A stretch of 64,000 nucleotides of DNA from Spirogloea muscicola (GCA_009602725.1 WELB01000002.1:2144991-2208990), one strand, 5' to 3'. Positions 40,843-53,926 are shown, counted from the first letter of the stretch. A program made the numbers and translations. Notes: generated by a model from the sequence alone, not told the origin.

Positions 40843-42910
40843 ATGGCCGCCCTGGCCGCCGCCGCCGGCGCCGCCGCGGCCTGCGGCGNNNNNNNNNNNN
40901 NNNNNNNNNNNNNNNNNNNNNNNNNNNNNNNNNNNNNNNNNNNNNNNNNNNNNNNNNNNNNNNNNNNNNNNNNNNNNNNNNNNNNNNNNNNNNNNNNNNN
41001 NNNNNNNNNNNNNNNNNNNNNNNNNNNNNNNNNNNNNNNNNNNNNNNNNNNNNNNNNNNNNNNNNNNNNNNNNNNNNNNNNNNNNNNNNNNNNNNNNNNN
41101 NNNNNNNNNNNNNNNNNNNNNNNNNNNNNNNNNNNNNNNNNNNNNNNNNNNNNNNNNNNNNNNNNNNNNNNNNNNNNNNNNNNNNNNNNNNNNNNNNNNN
41201 NNNNNNNNNNNNNNNNNNNNNNNNNNNNNNNNNNNNNNNNNNNNNNNNNGCGCGGCGGCGGCAACGACGCCGGCGGCGGCGGCGGCGGCGGCGGCGTCAG
41301 GCACGCCGGTGCGCACGACGAGCATCCTGGTGACAGGCGCGACGGGCACGCTGGGCCGCCAGGTGGTGCGCAAGGCCCTGGACGAGGGCTACGAGGTCCG
41401 CTGCCTCGTCCGCCCGCGCCCCACGCCCGCCGACTTCCTCCGCGACTGGGGCGCCACCATCGTCAATGTACGTCAATGGGCGCGCCCAAACCCATCGCCG
41501 CACCCTCCTCCTGCAGCTGCAGGGGCCGCCGGCTGCTGGCCGTGCGGCGCTCGGCGGCGCTGCGCCGAGCCTCTGCCGCCGCCGTGTGCGTTTCCCGGCA
41601 GAAACTCGTCGGTGACTGGCGTGCAGCTCGTGCCGGCAATGCGAGGGTGTTCTTGCGAGCCTCGGGCAGCGGCGGCTGGCTGGGTTTCGTCAGAAGGAGA
41701 ATTCGCTGCACTGAAGGTCATGCTCGTCTTGCAATCAACAGGGCCGCAGCTTACACTGGCTTCTGTCTCGGGCTGAGCATGCAGGGGGATCTGGGCAGGC
41801 CAGAGACGCTGCCTGCGGCGCTGGTGGGCATCCACACAGTCATCGACTGCGCGACGGGGCGGCCCGAGGAGCCGATCCGCAAGGTGGACTGGGACGGGAA
41901 GGTGGCGCTGATCGAGACGGCGCGCGCCATGGGCGTCCAGCGCTTCGTCTTCTACTCCATACACAACTGTGACAAGCACCCGGAGGTGCCGCTCATGGAG
42001 ATGAAGCGCTGCGTAGAGCGTTTCCTCGTCGACTCGGGCCTCGACTACACCACCATCCGCCTCTGTGGCTTCATGCAGGCAAGTGCAGCAGCAACTGCTG
42101 CTGCCTTTTGCCGAAGCTGCTGTCAGCCGAGTGCACGGGACTTCTTGCTGACTGCTGATCGCTTGGCGCTCTCATGTTTCCGCAGGGCCTCATTGGCCAG
42201 TATGCCGTGCCAATCCTGGAGGAGAAGTCGGTGTGGGGCACAGACGCGCCGACACGCATCGCATACATGGACACGCAGGTGCCTCGTCGCTGCTGCTGTT
42301 GCCGGCCCTCCTTTGCTCTCGTTGTCAAAGCAGCGTCAATGCCTAGCTCTCAACTGCTTGCCCTGCGCTGACAAAGTCAAAGCTGATTCGGAGGCCGGCC
42401 TGTGGCAGGACATTGCGCGGCTTACATTTGCGGCGCTGCGCAAGGAGGACACCATCAGGAAGACGTTCACCCTGGCCGGCCCGCGTGCGTGGACCTCGCA
42501 GGAGGTGAGCTGGTGTGGCTGTTCTGGCGCTGTGCTGGACGCAAGTTCGCCGTGTCGTTGGGTGGGCCAATCTGACGGCGCAATCTGTGCAGGTCATTGC
42601 GCTGTGTGAGCGGCTGGCGGGGCAGGACGCCAAGGTAACAACGGTGCCACTGGGCGTCCTGAAGGCAACCCGCTTCTTCACACGCCTCTTCCAGTGGACG
42701 GCGGACGTTGCTGATCGGCTTGCCTTCTCGGAGGTGCTGACGAGCGACACGGTGTTCTCGGCGCCCATGGGTGACACATACAGCCTGCTCGGTGTCGACG
42801 CCAAGGAGGTGACGACGCTTGAACGTTACCTGCAGGAGTACTACATCCAAATCCTCAAGAAGCTCAAGGACCTGCGCGCCACGTCCAAGCAGGGCGATTA
42901 CTACCTCTAG
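40843..42910 (+). CDS. HCF244: Ycf39/HCF244 atypical short-chain dehydrogenase (photosystem II assembly factor)
   Basis: [87 protein letters not shown]. Confidence 0.95.
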
Positions 42911-43508
42911 AAATGCACGCCCACCCACTTTTAGGCGTGCTTGGCTGCCGTAGATTCATAGGTGGCCGAGGCTGCAGCTTTTGCTGCGTTTAATTTTTTG
43001 CCAAGTGCTTGACGTCCGTCCTCCACCCCTTTGGTGGCCCAGAGCGTCGGCAGTGCTGCCCACTTCCGCATCCCTTGCAATTCATGTTGACGCTCTGCAA
43101 GTGACGACTTTCTCTTTGCTTGGTCCCATCGGCCATTTGCTTGGTCCCATGGGTAGCATCGCTTATCAGGCTGCGTGGCAGAGAGGCTGGCAGGCTTGCA
43201 TGCCACCAGGCCGCCAAGTTCGAGTTTCGAGAACTGAGGCAATTGCCATAGCGGCTGCACAGAGTGGCCTTGTTTACTGAGCTGGTGAGCCGGTCTGTTG
43301 GCCCTGCAAGCATGCCCAAATGTAAGTCAACTTGGATCGGCTGCATGGGCTGCACCTGGCCTTCATCAGATTTTGTGTCACCGGAATTCGGTCCTCAGCC
43401 AGCTGCCATTTCGTGTGCCGATCACAAAGCCTTTGCTGTGCTCGGCAATCGTCGCGGCAGCCGCATCCAGCCTTGCCTCAGCTGGCGGCTAGAAGTACGA
43501 CGAACTAG

Positions 43509-44100
43509 TCAGGCAATAACCTCGTGAACGTTACCATTCACGACACGGATTGAGATGGTCGGCCCACGCTGCGGAAACGCAGCGGCCGCCAGCACCGCAA
43601 GCCACCGGTGCGCCGACCCAAGTCTGGGCTGCTGGACCTCCCGCAGAACTCCTCAGCCACGTCCCCCTCGGCGTCTGCGCGCAGCCGGCTGCGGTACCAC
43701 TCCAAGCCCTGCGGAAGACAGTGGCGACGAGGTGGTGGCGGCAAGGCCGGCTCTCAGGGACGAGCGCTTGTGGGTGGCCAGCCAGCGGTGGTGATCAGGC
43801 GGCAGCGTCTGCGCCGGCAAGCGGACCTGAATGCCGCCGTCTCGCCGCGGGCAGTCGCTGAGCACCGGCGCATGGGCGGCGCCCGCCGCCCCCGCCCCCG
43901 GGCGCCTCACGGTGCGCTTGACGGAGAAACCGCCGCCGCCGGGCCCGGCGGTTGCGGCNGGCGGTTGCGGCGGCGGCGGCTCCGCTGCCGGGGCCCTGGT
44001 CCTGCTCCGGCCCGCCGTCGGCGCTGCCGTCGGCCCCGTGCTGATGGTGGTGGCCGCCGCCGCCGAAGACCCCGTGCACTGCTCGCCGGATCCACGACAT
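43509..44100 (-). CDS. Small conserved plant protein (GGIQGLxWY...DxEGDVAEEF motif) with an apparent 1-nt frameshift
   Basis: MSWIRRAVHG...DGGIQ|GLEWYRSRLRADAEGDVAEEF, continuing in a shifted frame as LREV...VVNGNVHEVIA*. Confidence 0.55.
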
Positions 44101-44489
44101 CGCCGGCGCCCAACTGGCGCGCCAACCGCCACAGGCGCCACCGCCTCCGCCACTGCCGCAGCCGTCAGCGGCGGCTCGGCCCCTCGCCGACGTCGGAGGG
44201 CCTCATGGTTTGCACGCCAGGCGCCTCTGCTCCGAGGAGCAGGGACGGCTCGTGGCGGGCACCGCTGCCGCCGCCGTCGAGCTCCACCTGCTGTGGAGAT
44301 GGAGAGCTCCCCGCGCGGCTGGGGTTAGGCTGCTGCAGCCCCGCAAGCTCGGAGCAGCTGGCGGCGATGGGGGGCGAGCTTGACGGCGAGGCGGCGGGGC
44401 TCGCGTCGAGGCGGGCTGCTGGATGAGGTGGGGAGGAAGGAGTGACTTGGGGCTGGCTTTCCGTTCTTGTTGCGCCTCTCGGCCCTTTG

Positions 44490-46080
44490 GAAATGAATGC
44501 GGCTGCTGATATTAGAAGAGCGGCTGTGAAAGCCAGCCAGATGCATACAGCGGAAATTGTCCACTTCGTTCTGGGCTTCCATACTCTCCTTGAGCACATC
44601 GCGAGTCTGGGATATGCACGACGTGAGGACATGCTTCCAGCCCAAATGGGAATGCCCGCAGCCTACTTGTCATTTTTGTTGAGTGTCAGCCTCTCTGCGG
44701 CAAGCTCAGGCTTTTGCTTTCCATCAGAGGGCTAGTCGAGCCTTACTTGGTGGCACAAGAGCTGATCGATTGCCGTCCAGTATTTGGGCATCAGTTAGCG
44801 ACCTCAATGTGCTGACTCGTGCTTACTGAGCTGGTCAGCTTAGTAGCAGGTGATATTTTAGCAGGGGTTACTGAGTAACACGTAGCTGCTTTGTATCTTG
44901 TGCTTGTTTTTCTTAGCGCTTCCCCTGGCCCCCTTCTCGTACTTCGTTATTCCTTCATTGGGCTGGCTTTGCCAGCCCCTATCCTCAATGGGCGAGCCCT
45001 TTCTCTGATGTACATTCGTCAGTGTGCTTGCCTTTTCACTTGGCCACCTAGGCCCTCCATCACTTAATATACACTCTATTTCCTTCTTTCTGGGCTGGCT
45101 ATCTACAGCCCCTGCCTCATGTTGGAAGAGCTGTTCTGCTTCAGACCTCGTAAAACAGTACATTTATAAGGATAGAATTGGCCTCCCTTTCAATTTCATG
45201 CGCACCGCGCGCCTTCTCTCTCAGACCTTGTACATGCCTTTGGGCTGGCATCGCACACCCATTGCCGTAAATGGAAGAGCTGTTTCTCTTCTTATAGCCC
45301 TCGCCCCTCTCCTTTCTTTGACAGAGCTTACATCTTGAGACTATGCAAGCTGCTGGTAGAGCCATACAGAAAAAGTGAGCTCTTCAGAAGGGGGCGAGGG
45401 CTGTAAAAAGTCAGCCCAGAAATAGTGGACAAGGTCCAAAGGGCCGCTGAGCGCTGAGACCACACAGCTATGCAAGTGGCCTCAGCGAACGGGAGCTTCA
45501 TAACCCCAACTCACAGAGGATGTTCATTCAGAGGTGTTATATCTGCATTACCTGAGCCACGGGCTTGGCAAACAGGGCTTCGCTTTCCGACTTTACGCCT
45601 TGCGGCTGCTAAGTAGAGGTTACCAATTGACCATCCTTTGTGGTACTTGCTTACTTGTGTGTTGCAGCGCTGTTTGGACCCTTCAAATCTTTTCCACTCT
45701 TTTCAGGCTCGCTTTTCACAGGGAAAGACTCACTCGGTAGAGGGCAATGGTTATCACAGCCCTCGCCTCCTTAGGAAAGATATTCACTCAGTAACCTCTA
45801 GCTAGGAGCTGCATGTCAGAGGGACTAGCAGCCGGAAAGCAATCCCCTTGACGAAAGCCAGAGGCTGCAGCTAGAGCACGGCCAGCATGCAGATGCAAAG
45901 AATGGGCCATGGACCGCTGGAGGGATTTCAACAGGCGCATGCGAAACACGTGCACTAGCGAGCCAGCGGCGTTGGAGTCGGCCTGCTCACCCCGCCTGCG
46001 GGACACAGGGCGTCGCGCAAGCCTGGCAAAGAGGTCCAGACACCGAGACCCGAAAGCCCCGTGCACATCGACGGGCAATG
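44490..46080. mobile_element. Third cluster of RLE retrotransposon fragments
   Basis: Minus ORF 45788-46078 VDVHGAFGSRC...FRMRLLKSLQRS...LLARGY*; 3' UTR hairpins at 44522-44538 and 44960-44978. Confidence 0.8.
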
Positions 46081-46334
46081 AACGATCTCGTCCCCTGTCA
46101 TGAGATATCCTGTCGGTGGTTCATTTGTGTCGACCTGACAAGGATGGTGACCTGGCGGTACACGTGGACATAACGGGAGGACTCACATCTGCTCTGGTGT
46201 GCAAGGAGTTGCGACCAGGCTACCTCTGGCTCCACGCCAGTCAGGAAAGATGCATATCTGCCGTCCAGCCATGCGCTGACCACAGCGGGCAGCCCCTATC
46301 CTGCCGCCCAAACCGCTCAAATGAAGCCCGAAGA

Positions 46335-48128
46335 GAAGCCGAAAAGCCAAAAGCCCGCTTCGATGGGTGTGAACCACCTTGCCGAGTGTTGGCGGGTACC
46401 AGCCAGGCTAGCCGCGGGCACTGGTGGGTGGTGGTAGAAGTAACGGTCTCGGGCTACACTGGCCTTTGAGACGGTCTCAGCATACACGGGCCTTGAGACC
46501 TGTGGTGCTGAAATGGGCCAAATGGCCTGCCCAATGTAATTCTTTGCTGACCAATGATAAGGGGTGCGGAGGGCTGGGGCCGAGCAGTCCACTCGGGCCA
46601 GTCTCTCCATCTTGCCTGAACTGCCCCTGCGCCGCCGCCGCCACCGCATCGCCATCGGGCGTCTTCGCTCCTGTCGAGACACGCTAAGAAGGCATGGGCT
46701 CATCGGAAGCATCACCTTGATCTGCTCTGAGACTTTCGAGTACAGTCTTGGTGTCAACTGCTAGTCTATGAAATTCCACCAGTTGATCTTGTGACTGGCA
46801 TTGCGGAGATTGCTGTCGTGTTCGGGCCACCTTGCCCTGTTCCAGTAGATAGCTGGATCACCCTGTTCGAGTAGACAGTTGGGCCACCTTGCCCCGTTCC
46901 AGTAGATAGCTGGACATCACCGTTCCAGTAGATAGCTGGATATCTCCTTTTCAGTATTTAGCCGGATACCCCTTGCCACCGATGACTGGATCTTGCGCCC
47001 GCACTGAGTTCTGGCAACTATTTCTTGCGCTGCTCGAAACTACAGAAATATCACATTGAAGCCGTACTTCTGCATTGAGTGCTGCGGTTTCTTGTCACCG
47101 TCATCTTCTGCTACTGGGCAGAGTGGGCGGCTGTCCGCATGGTCTCTGGGCGGCAGTCGGCATGGTCGTGGCGCCAGGACAGTAAACAAGAGAAGGCATG
47201 CGACTGGCGTCCTCGCCATGGTGGCATTGACTGGCCTGCGTCTGCAAGCAGCTTAACAATGTGAATGCGCAGCGGCAGGGTGGGGGGCTTGGGGAGCTGG
47301 CGTGAGAGCGTGGCCTCTCTTGTTTACTGTCCTGGCGGCCACGACCATGCAGGCTGCCGCAGTCTACTCGGCCCAGGAAAAGGAGATGATGGTAACAAGA
47401 AACCGCAGCATCAATGCCATGAATTATAAGACAAGCAGAAGCACGTCTTCCATGTGATCTTTCAGTATTTCCGAGCGGCGCAAGAACCAGTTGTCAGAAC
47501 CCACTGTGGCGCAAGATCCAGTCATCAATGACAGGGGCTATCCGGCTATCTAGTGGAAGAGGGCAAGGTGGCCCGCACACGACAGCAATTTCCGCAATGC
47601 CAGTCACAAGATCAACCGATGGCATCTCATAGACAAGCAAGTGACGCCAAAGCAGTATTCGACAGTCTCAGAGCCGATCAAGGCGATACTCGATATCTGC
47701 AGCTCAGACGCACAAGGTCACAATGTTTCGTGGCTGACCTGGTGTCACCGAGTCTGGCACGACCGGCGGCGGAGTCACCCGGAGGTAAGGCTCTCTAGCT
47801 GCGCGGCTGCCCTTCCTATGAGCCCACGCCTTCTTGGCGTGTCACGACAGGAGCGACGACGCCCGACGGCCATGCGGCGCTCATGGAGGAGGGGCCTGCT
47901 CGGCCCCAGCCCTCCGCAAATGTCATCATTGGGCAGGCCACTTGGCCCATTGCGGCATCCCAGGTCTCAATGCCAGTGTAGGCTGAGACCGTCTCAGAGG
48001 CCAGTGTAGCCCGAGACCGTCATTTCTACCACTACCCACCATTACGCGCCGCTAGCCTGGCCGGTACCCGCCAACACTCGTCACGGTGGGCCATACCCAT
48101 CGAAGCGGGCTTTAGGACTTTAGGGCTT
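46335..48128. mobile_element. Long imperfect inverted repeat (foldback-like element) with arms of about 0.8-0.9 kb and a loop of about 110 nt
   Basis: aagcccgcttcgatgggt, cgagtgttggcgggtacc, acggtctcgggctacactggcc, ttgatcttgtgactggcattgcgga and ccaggacagtaaacaagaga recur in mirrored order as reverse complements in 47310-48128. Confidence 0.9.
46822..46942 (+). repeat. Short tandem repeats within the left palindrome arm
   Basis: gttccagtagatagctgga three times; gggccaccttgccc twice. Confidence 0.8.
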
Positions 48129-48329
48129 AGGGCCAGCCGAATGCGCATGGAGACATTGTTCTGGAGGACCTGTTGGAGTGCGACCTCACTGCGTGGAGCC
48201 CCAGATTGCGCAGCGCAGAGCCAACTCCGCGCCGCCGGTATCGAGGACAGGATGTTGGATGAGCTGAGGAGAGGACAATATCCTCGCTGCATCATGCTGG
48301 AGCCGGCGGAAAGGGCTCGCCAGGCACGG

Positions 48330-48590
48330 CGGCGCAAGTCGAGCTGAGAGGAGGGAGCGATCCCCGCGTCAAGCCAGAGGCTTCACAACCAGCACGGCGG
48401 TGCAAGGCCGAGAAGCAGGTCAGCTGGAGCGACATGGGAGACGCCTCCGGTAGCACGAGATGATGTCCCAAAGAGCCTCCAGGAAGTGCTGCTCCCCCCC
48501 AACACAGCCGCTGGCCAGCACGAGAGGACAGAGGCGCAAGTAGTAAGGACCACCGGGGTGGCCCCGCCACACGGCCATGGCTGCCGTCAC
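48330..48590 (-). mobile_element. Degenerate RLE C-terminal relic
   Basis: Resembles 15615-15910 (shared gagcctccaggaagtgctgc; SCYRxRL..SLQ...ALHRRAG). Confidence 0.6.
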
Positions 48591-49299
48591 AGCCCACTGT
48601 GCGGCCCACATTGGTGGTGCCGCCGTCCACGCTGCTGCTGCGGCTTGGGGACGAGCGCAGGATGTCGCGTCCAAGGTGGCCGTGGCTGCACCGCAGGTGC
48701 TGGGCTGCCGATTGCATGCTGCTGGGACTCAATGGAGCCCTGTGGCCGCGCTGCGAAGGCTGGCATGCCAAGGCAAAGAGGCAGCAGAGACGGCACCGCC
48801 TGTGCCGCCGCAAGCGCTGGAGCGGCAGCCGCCTCCACCGCTTCACCATGCGGCCTGCTGGCGCCGCCTGCTCGTGCAGCAGGTGCGCCAACAACTGGCG
48901 GCACGGGTTCTCTATTCTGCTACTAACGGCACTGCTGCCGCCGCCACCAACGCCGCTGAAAGCTCCGTCGTAACCGAGGACGATGGCGGCCTGCTCGGCC
49001 CCGGTGCCTGGCCACTGGCGGCGGCGCTGCTCGCTGACGACGACTGGGCTGCAAGCGGCCTCTCCGACGCTGCTCGGGTGCTCATTGAGCGCTGGCCGCT
49101 TGACAAAGGCAGCCTTGACGACTGGGCCCTGCGCCACTACGGGCCCAGCGGCGGCGATGCCTCGCGGCGGTGGCAGGCCAAGGCTGCTGTGGAGGCTGGG
49201 CTTGGGCCCGAGTGGCAAGAGCTCTACGCTTTTCGGCATGGCTGCCATCCTGGCCAGCCCGGTTCGGTAGCCGCGGATGATGCTCGATTGGCCTCGTGA
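48577..49299 (+). CDS. Hypothetical protein, single ORF of 240 aa
   Basis: Open ATG-TGA frame with protein-like composition; no family recognised. Confidence 0.35.
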   Translation: MAAVTAHCAAHIGGAAVHAAAAAWGRAQDVASKVAVAAPQVLGCRLHAAGTQWSPVAALRRLACQGKEAAETAPPVPPQALERQPPPPLHHAACWRRLLVQQVRQQLAARVLYSATNGTAAAATNAAESSVVTEDDGGLLGPGAWPLAAALLADDDWAASGLSDAARVLIERWPLDKGSLDDWALRHYGPSGGDASRRWQAKAAVEAGLGPEWQELYAFRHGCHPGQPGSVAADDARLAS

Positions 49300-50461
49300 G
49301 CTGCGCTCCGCCATTGCACTCTTAAGGCAGTATAGGTGGTCGTAGGGCCTGACAACGTGGTGCCTCCTGCGGCCCTACTCGGCGTTGCAAGGCCAGCAAG
49401 TGTCCATCACGAGCATTCACGACTGAGACGTGCATGCCAGGCGAAGCCTGCAATGACAGGTACACCCAATATTGGCGGGCTGTGAGACGAAGTGCTGCTC
49501 TCGTGCATGTCTCCAACAAGCTCGGAGCTTGCAATGGTCGCTCAACGAGCCTGACTGTATGTCAAGAAGGTCCTGCTGAGCTGCTCACATGCGGAGGCAT
49601 CGCAATGTCATTGGCTTGGGCTGCATGTGGATGTGGGCAACTGGCCTTCTCTGACATGAGGCCCTCACGGCGTTTGGCACACTCAACAGGATGACCTGCT
49701 CGGGCTGCGCACTGGACGACCTGCGAACCTGCTGGCCAGCCTAGCACCTCATGGGCACATCACGTGCAGCCTCAGCAAGAATAATAAGCTTGCAGGATGG
49801 GCAGGAGCCACGGACACCTTGCTTGTTTCGCAAACGGCCGTCAGCAAGGCTCTTGCGATACCAGCTTGACCTGTGCCACGACCAGCATGCTTTTTGTGGG
49901 GTGCCCTACACAACGCTTAGCAAGGCAAATGCAGGCTCTTCTTCTGCATGGTAGACTAGTCTGCTACCGTTTATCCTTGTCAGGAGGCACGGACGTGTCT
50001 TGGCGGCACCACAGTGACAGTCGTGAAGAAGTTCATGGCAAGTCAGACAAGGTCGCATATTCTGAGGCCGTGGGGCATGCGCACCTCCGGCCACATATGC
50101 AATGCAAGCAAGAACTTGGTCCTGCAGTGAGGTCAACTTATGACGCATGAGCGCAGGCTTGCTTTCAGTGCATGCTTGCTTTGAAGCCCGTTCATGTGGG
50201 CTGCTCACCAGGACCTTTGATGCTGCAATTCAACCAAAGCCATATCCAGCAGAGCAGTGCCGAAAGTAGTCCACCAATATAAGAGGGCCCACAATGAAGA
50301 CATGGTGCTCATAGATGAGCCTCTGCATGCTTTTAGTGGGGACAACCGTATCTCCTAATTCTTGAATACTGCAAGTTTGAGTACAAGATACATAAGTCAG
50401 ACACTTTGCCCGGCAGCAGCCGCTGCCGGTGGCTAAACAGGCGGCCATGCCGCCAGCACCG

Positions 50462-52463
50462 TTAGACCGCAGCAACACCATGGCCAGCCGTTGGGGCAGC
50501 CCTGTAGAGATTGGCTACCCAAGGTGCCAGCTCGGTAAGGTGAGGGGTACGTGCATTCTCGGCATAGTAGCGCGACCAACGGCAGTCAAGCGGGCCACCA
50601 AAGACTGCGCTGTCAGAGGCACTATCGTACACGCACAGCGGTAACCACTCCACGCCGCCGTTCACACGCCTCTGCCGCTCCTTGGGGTATGCCAACGGAG
50701 CTTGTATGTACCTTCAAAAGATTGGTAGAACAAAACTTCGTCTTGTAGACAACCGAGCATCTAGAAGTCCTAGGAGTGTAGAGTTTCTGAAATATTGGTC
50801 TACGAATTGTGGAATGGTGATAAGGGGTACATTGACTTCTCAAGGCCTCAAAGCACATAAGTACAAAGTTGTGGACTAACGTTTATTTCTGTCTTGACTA
50901 CGGTGCTGCTTCTAGGAGGACAACAAATCTGTTGTGGGAGTGGCACCTGACTCCCTCCAGCATGGCATCCCAGCAAAAATGCGTGTGACCAAATATGTGG
51001 ATAGCCGTCGGCGACCCAGCGGCGCCGTGGAGGCCGCGCACACGCTGCTCGAGCCAGTCCGAGCCAACAACCTTGGGTAGGTTCGGGTAGAAGAGCATGC
51101 GCTTCTCCGGGCACAGCTCCAGCCTGGACCAAGCAGCCGGTGACATGGACATCAATGGTGAAACCAGAGCACCATCACGGATGTCACAAATACTGGTTAT
51201 CCGGTCTGATGGACCTGAAGCATTCCTGTAACCTCATTACGGGTTGCAGCTGTTGCCTGCAGAAGCTTGTCTGGAGCATGCCTTGGGAGGAAGTGAGAGA
51301 AAGAGATAATTTGGCAGCTGTCCAAAGCGATGCTCGTGGCATTTGCAAAGGGAGCGTCATTCATCCGGTCGAAGTGGCGCGCGAGGGAGTCGTTGGCGTT
51401 GCTCAGCGGCTCGGGCCACCGGCAGACCTTGTAGTCCATCGAGACCTGGCCACCGAGGAGCACACACGGCAGGAACCTCAAGCCTGATATATCATTGTTA
51501 TGATGCTAAATATGCGTCCTTACAGACGCTCCTGACGCTGATGCCATGGTGCCGGCCTGTGTTGCCGCCCCGTGTCCACAGCCCGTGAATATCGCCAGAC
51601 ATGGCAACGCACCTTCTCCAAGGGGGGGATGACGAAGTCCTCAATGTCAGGCTCCTTGTCGAAGCTCTGCAGCGGCAGCCAGAGCAACCCATGCAGCCAA
51701 AAGTAAAGCATTTGCCACGCCGGTCACAGCGCTACATGTCTCAGTTCTGCCGCTCTTGGCGCCCAGAGAGCACTGCCGCGGTGCGCTTGCGTACTTGGTG
51801 GTGCCAGCTGAAGATGGGCACGATCCAAACGTCGGCAATGCGGCGCGGGGCGGTGTCCACGCGCAGCTTGGCACAGAGGTCCAGGACGGCGGCCAGCTTC
51901 GCCAACGAGTCCCGCGGCTCGCCCTCGTGCCGGCACCACAAGTCGTGATTGCCGGGCGTGAAGAAGACGTGGGCAAAGCGCGCCGTCAGCAGTGCCAATG
52001 TCGCCTCCAGCCTCTGCAACGCCCGCTTGCCAACAGAACGAGGCCGCCGTTACAATGCATCTGTGCCGCCATTTCCCATGTTGATCAACTAACGACCAAG
52101 GCGTCAGAGTGCCAGCGCAGGAACGTGGCTGACGACCACAAAGCGCTCACTGGCACAGTGCACTGCTGCTGCTGCGGCGTGGAGACCAGCTTTCAAAAAT
52201 TCGGCGTTACATTGGATTGAACCTGGATCTCTAAAGTGACAAATGTTAGGGCGTGGGGTTTTAGCACTTGGAGTCGGGGGTTCAGACTGTTCCGGGGTTC
52301 TGAGCGTCTGGCTCGCCGCCATGGTTGTCACCTCGAGGCCGTCGGTGACGTCGCCGGCGACGATGATGGCGTCGCCGCGGTACGCCGACGGCGAGAGCGC
52401 CTCCACCCACGCCAGGTTCTCGGCGTAGTCTGTGTGCAAGTCCGAGACGGCGAAGACGCGCAT
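50462..52463 (-). CDS. Calcineurin-like metallophosphoesterase
   Basis: VSDLH, VAGDV, PGNHDLW, FSHFLPR and HIFGHTH motifs; N-terminus may extend upstream through the poly-T/N region. Confidence 0.92.
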
Positions 52464-52541
52464 GCCGCCGTGGGCGGGCCGCGCCGGCAGCGGCGCGACC
52501 GCTGGCATCGACCGCCGGCGGCGGCGCTGGCGGCCCGGGCC

Positions 52542-52591
<50 letters not shown>

Positions 52592-52763
52592 NGGCTGCCC
52601 GGCGGCCATGAAGCAGCCTTGGCCGCCGCCGCCGCCGCCGCCGCCGCCGCGATGGCCGCCGCAGATCGCGGCGGCCCCGCGGGACTCGCTGGCTGCCACA
52701 GTGAGGGTTAAGAGTGTCACCTAAGGCTCAGAAGGATAGGGTTAGGTTTTTGGATCTCCTCGA

Positions 52764-52801
<38 letters not shown>

Positions 52802-52929
52802 GTGCCAGGCGGCCGCGGGCTTTGGCAGTATCAGCTGCGGGCAGCGGCGGCAGCCCCTGCGTTCCGCCGCTGGTGGCGGCTGCGGATGGTGAGCCCCAGC
52901 TGCTGCCGCACTGCCGCGCGCGCGCTGCC

Positions 52930-52969
52930 ATGGCGGTCGGCCCTGCTGCCCCTGTGAAACCGAGCTGAT

Positions 52970-53000
<31 letters not shown>

Positions 53001-53128
53001 AGGCCTCCAAGTCGCGGCTGTTCAAGGAGTACAAGGAGGTGCAGCGCGAGTCGACGCCCGACTCCGACGTCCGCCTCGTGTGCGACGAGACCAACATCTT
53101 CCGCTGGACCGCGTACATCAAGGTGCCT

Positions 53129-53179
<51 letters not shown>

Positions 53180-53926
53180 CCCAGACGACGCTGCAGCCCT
53201 CGGCGGTGCGAAAGCGGCCTCACAGCCGCTCCGCCGCCGCCGCTGCAGGGCCCTGGCGACACGCCGTATGCCGGCGGCGTCTTCCAGCTTTCCCTGGCGG
53301 TGCCGGAGCAGTACCCGCTGGTGCCCCCGCAGGCCCGCTTCGTCACCAAGGTCTTTCATCCCAACGTCCACTTCAAGGTCCGCCGCCACCGCCGCCGCCG
53401 CCGCCGGCGCTGGTGGGCTGCTTGCGACCGCCCATCACGAGAGCGCGCTCGTCCAGCTCCGCTCAGGATGCGCGGCCGCCGCCCATGTCGTGCAGACCGG
53501 CGAGATCTGCTTGGACATCCTGAAGACGGCGTGGAGCCCCGCGTGGACGCTGCAGTCAGTGTGCCGCGCCGTGATCGCGCTGCTCTCACACCCAGAGCCC
53601 GACAGCCCCCTCAACTGTGACTGCGGTAGTGTGCACTCCCTCAGCCACCCGGCTCCAAGAAGAGATATGTAAAGGGTGTTGGCTTTATTTACTTATCGGC
53701 TTCCTGTATACCATCATATTATTTGGACCTTCAAGTAGTAGTTGCACAATCAGTCATGTATCCTTCTTACTGAAACGCTTGCCGATCTGTAGCAGCAATT
53801 ACTTCGAGCTGACTCATTCCGCCTTGGCCCTCGCCCACAGGGAACCTGCTGCGGGCGGGCGACCACCGGGGTTACCGCTCCATGGCGGAGATGTACACGC
53901 GCCTTGCAGCCATGCCTCGGTCCTGA
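52930..53926 (+). CDS. PEX4: Peroxin 4, ubiquitin-conjugating E2 enzyme
   Basis: MA|ASKSRLFKEYKEVQRE...DETNIFRWTAYIK|GP, FHPNVHFK|TGEICLDILKTAWSPAWTLQSVCRA, PDSPLNCDC|GNLLR. Confidence 0.93.

Noticed and set aside
46822..46942. CRISPR-like repeat array
   Set aside because: Irregular spacing, no unique equal-length spacers, no cas genes and a eukaryotic context.
52545..52591. Poly-T run as a terminator or retrocopy tail
   Set aside because: Same 47-nt length adjacent to an N; likely an assembly artefact.
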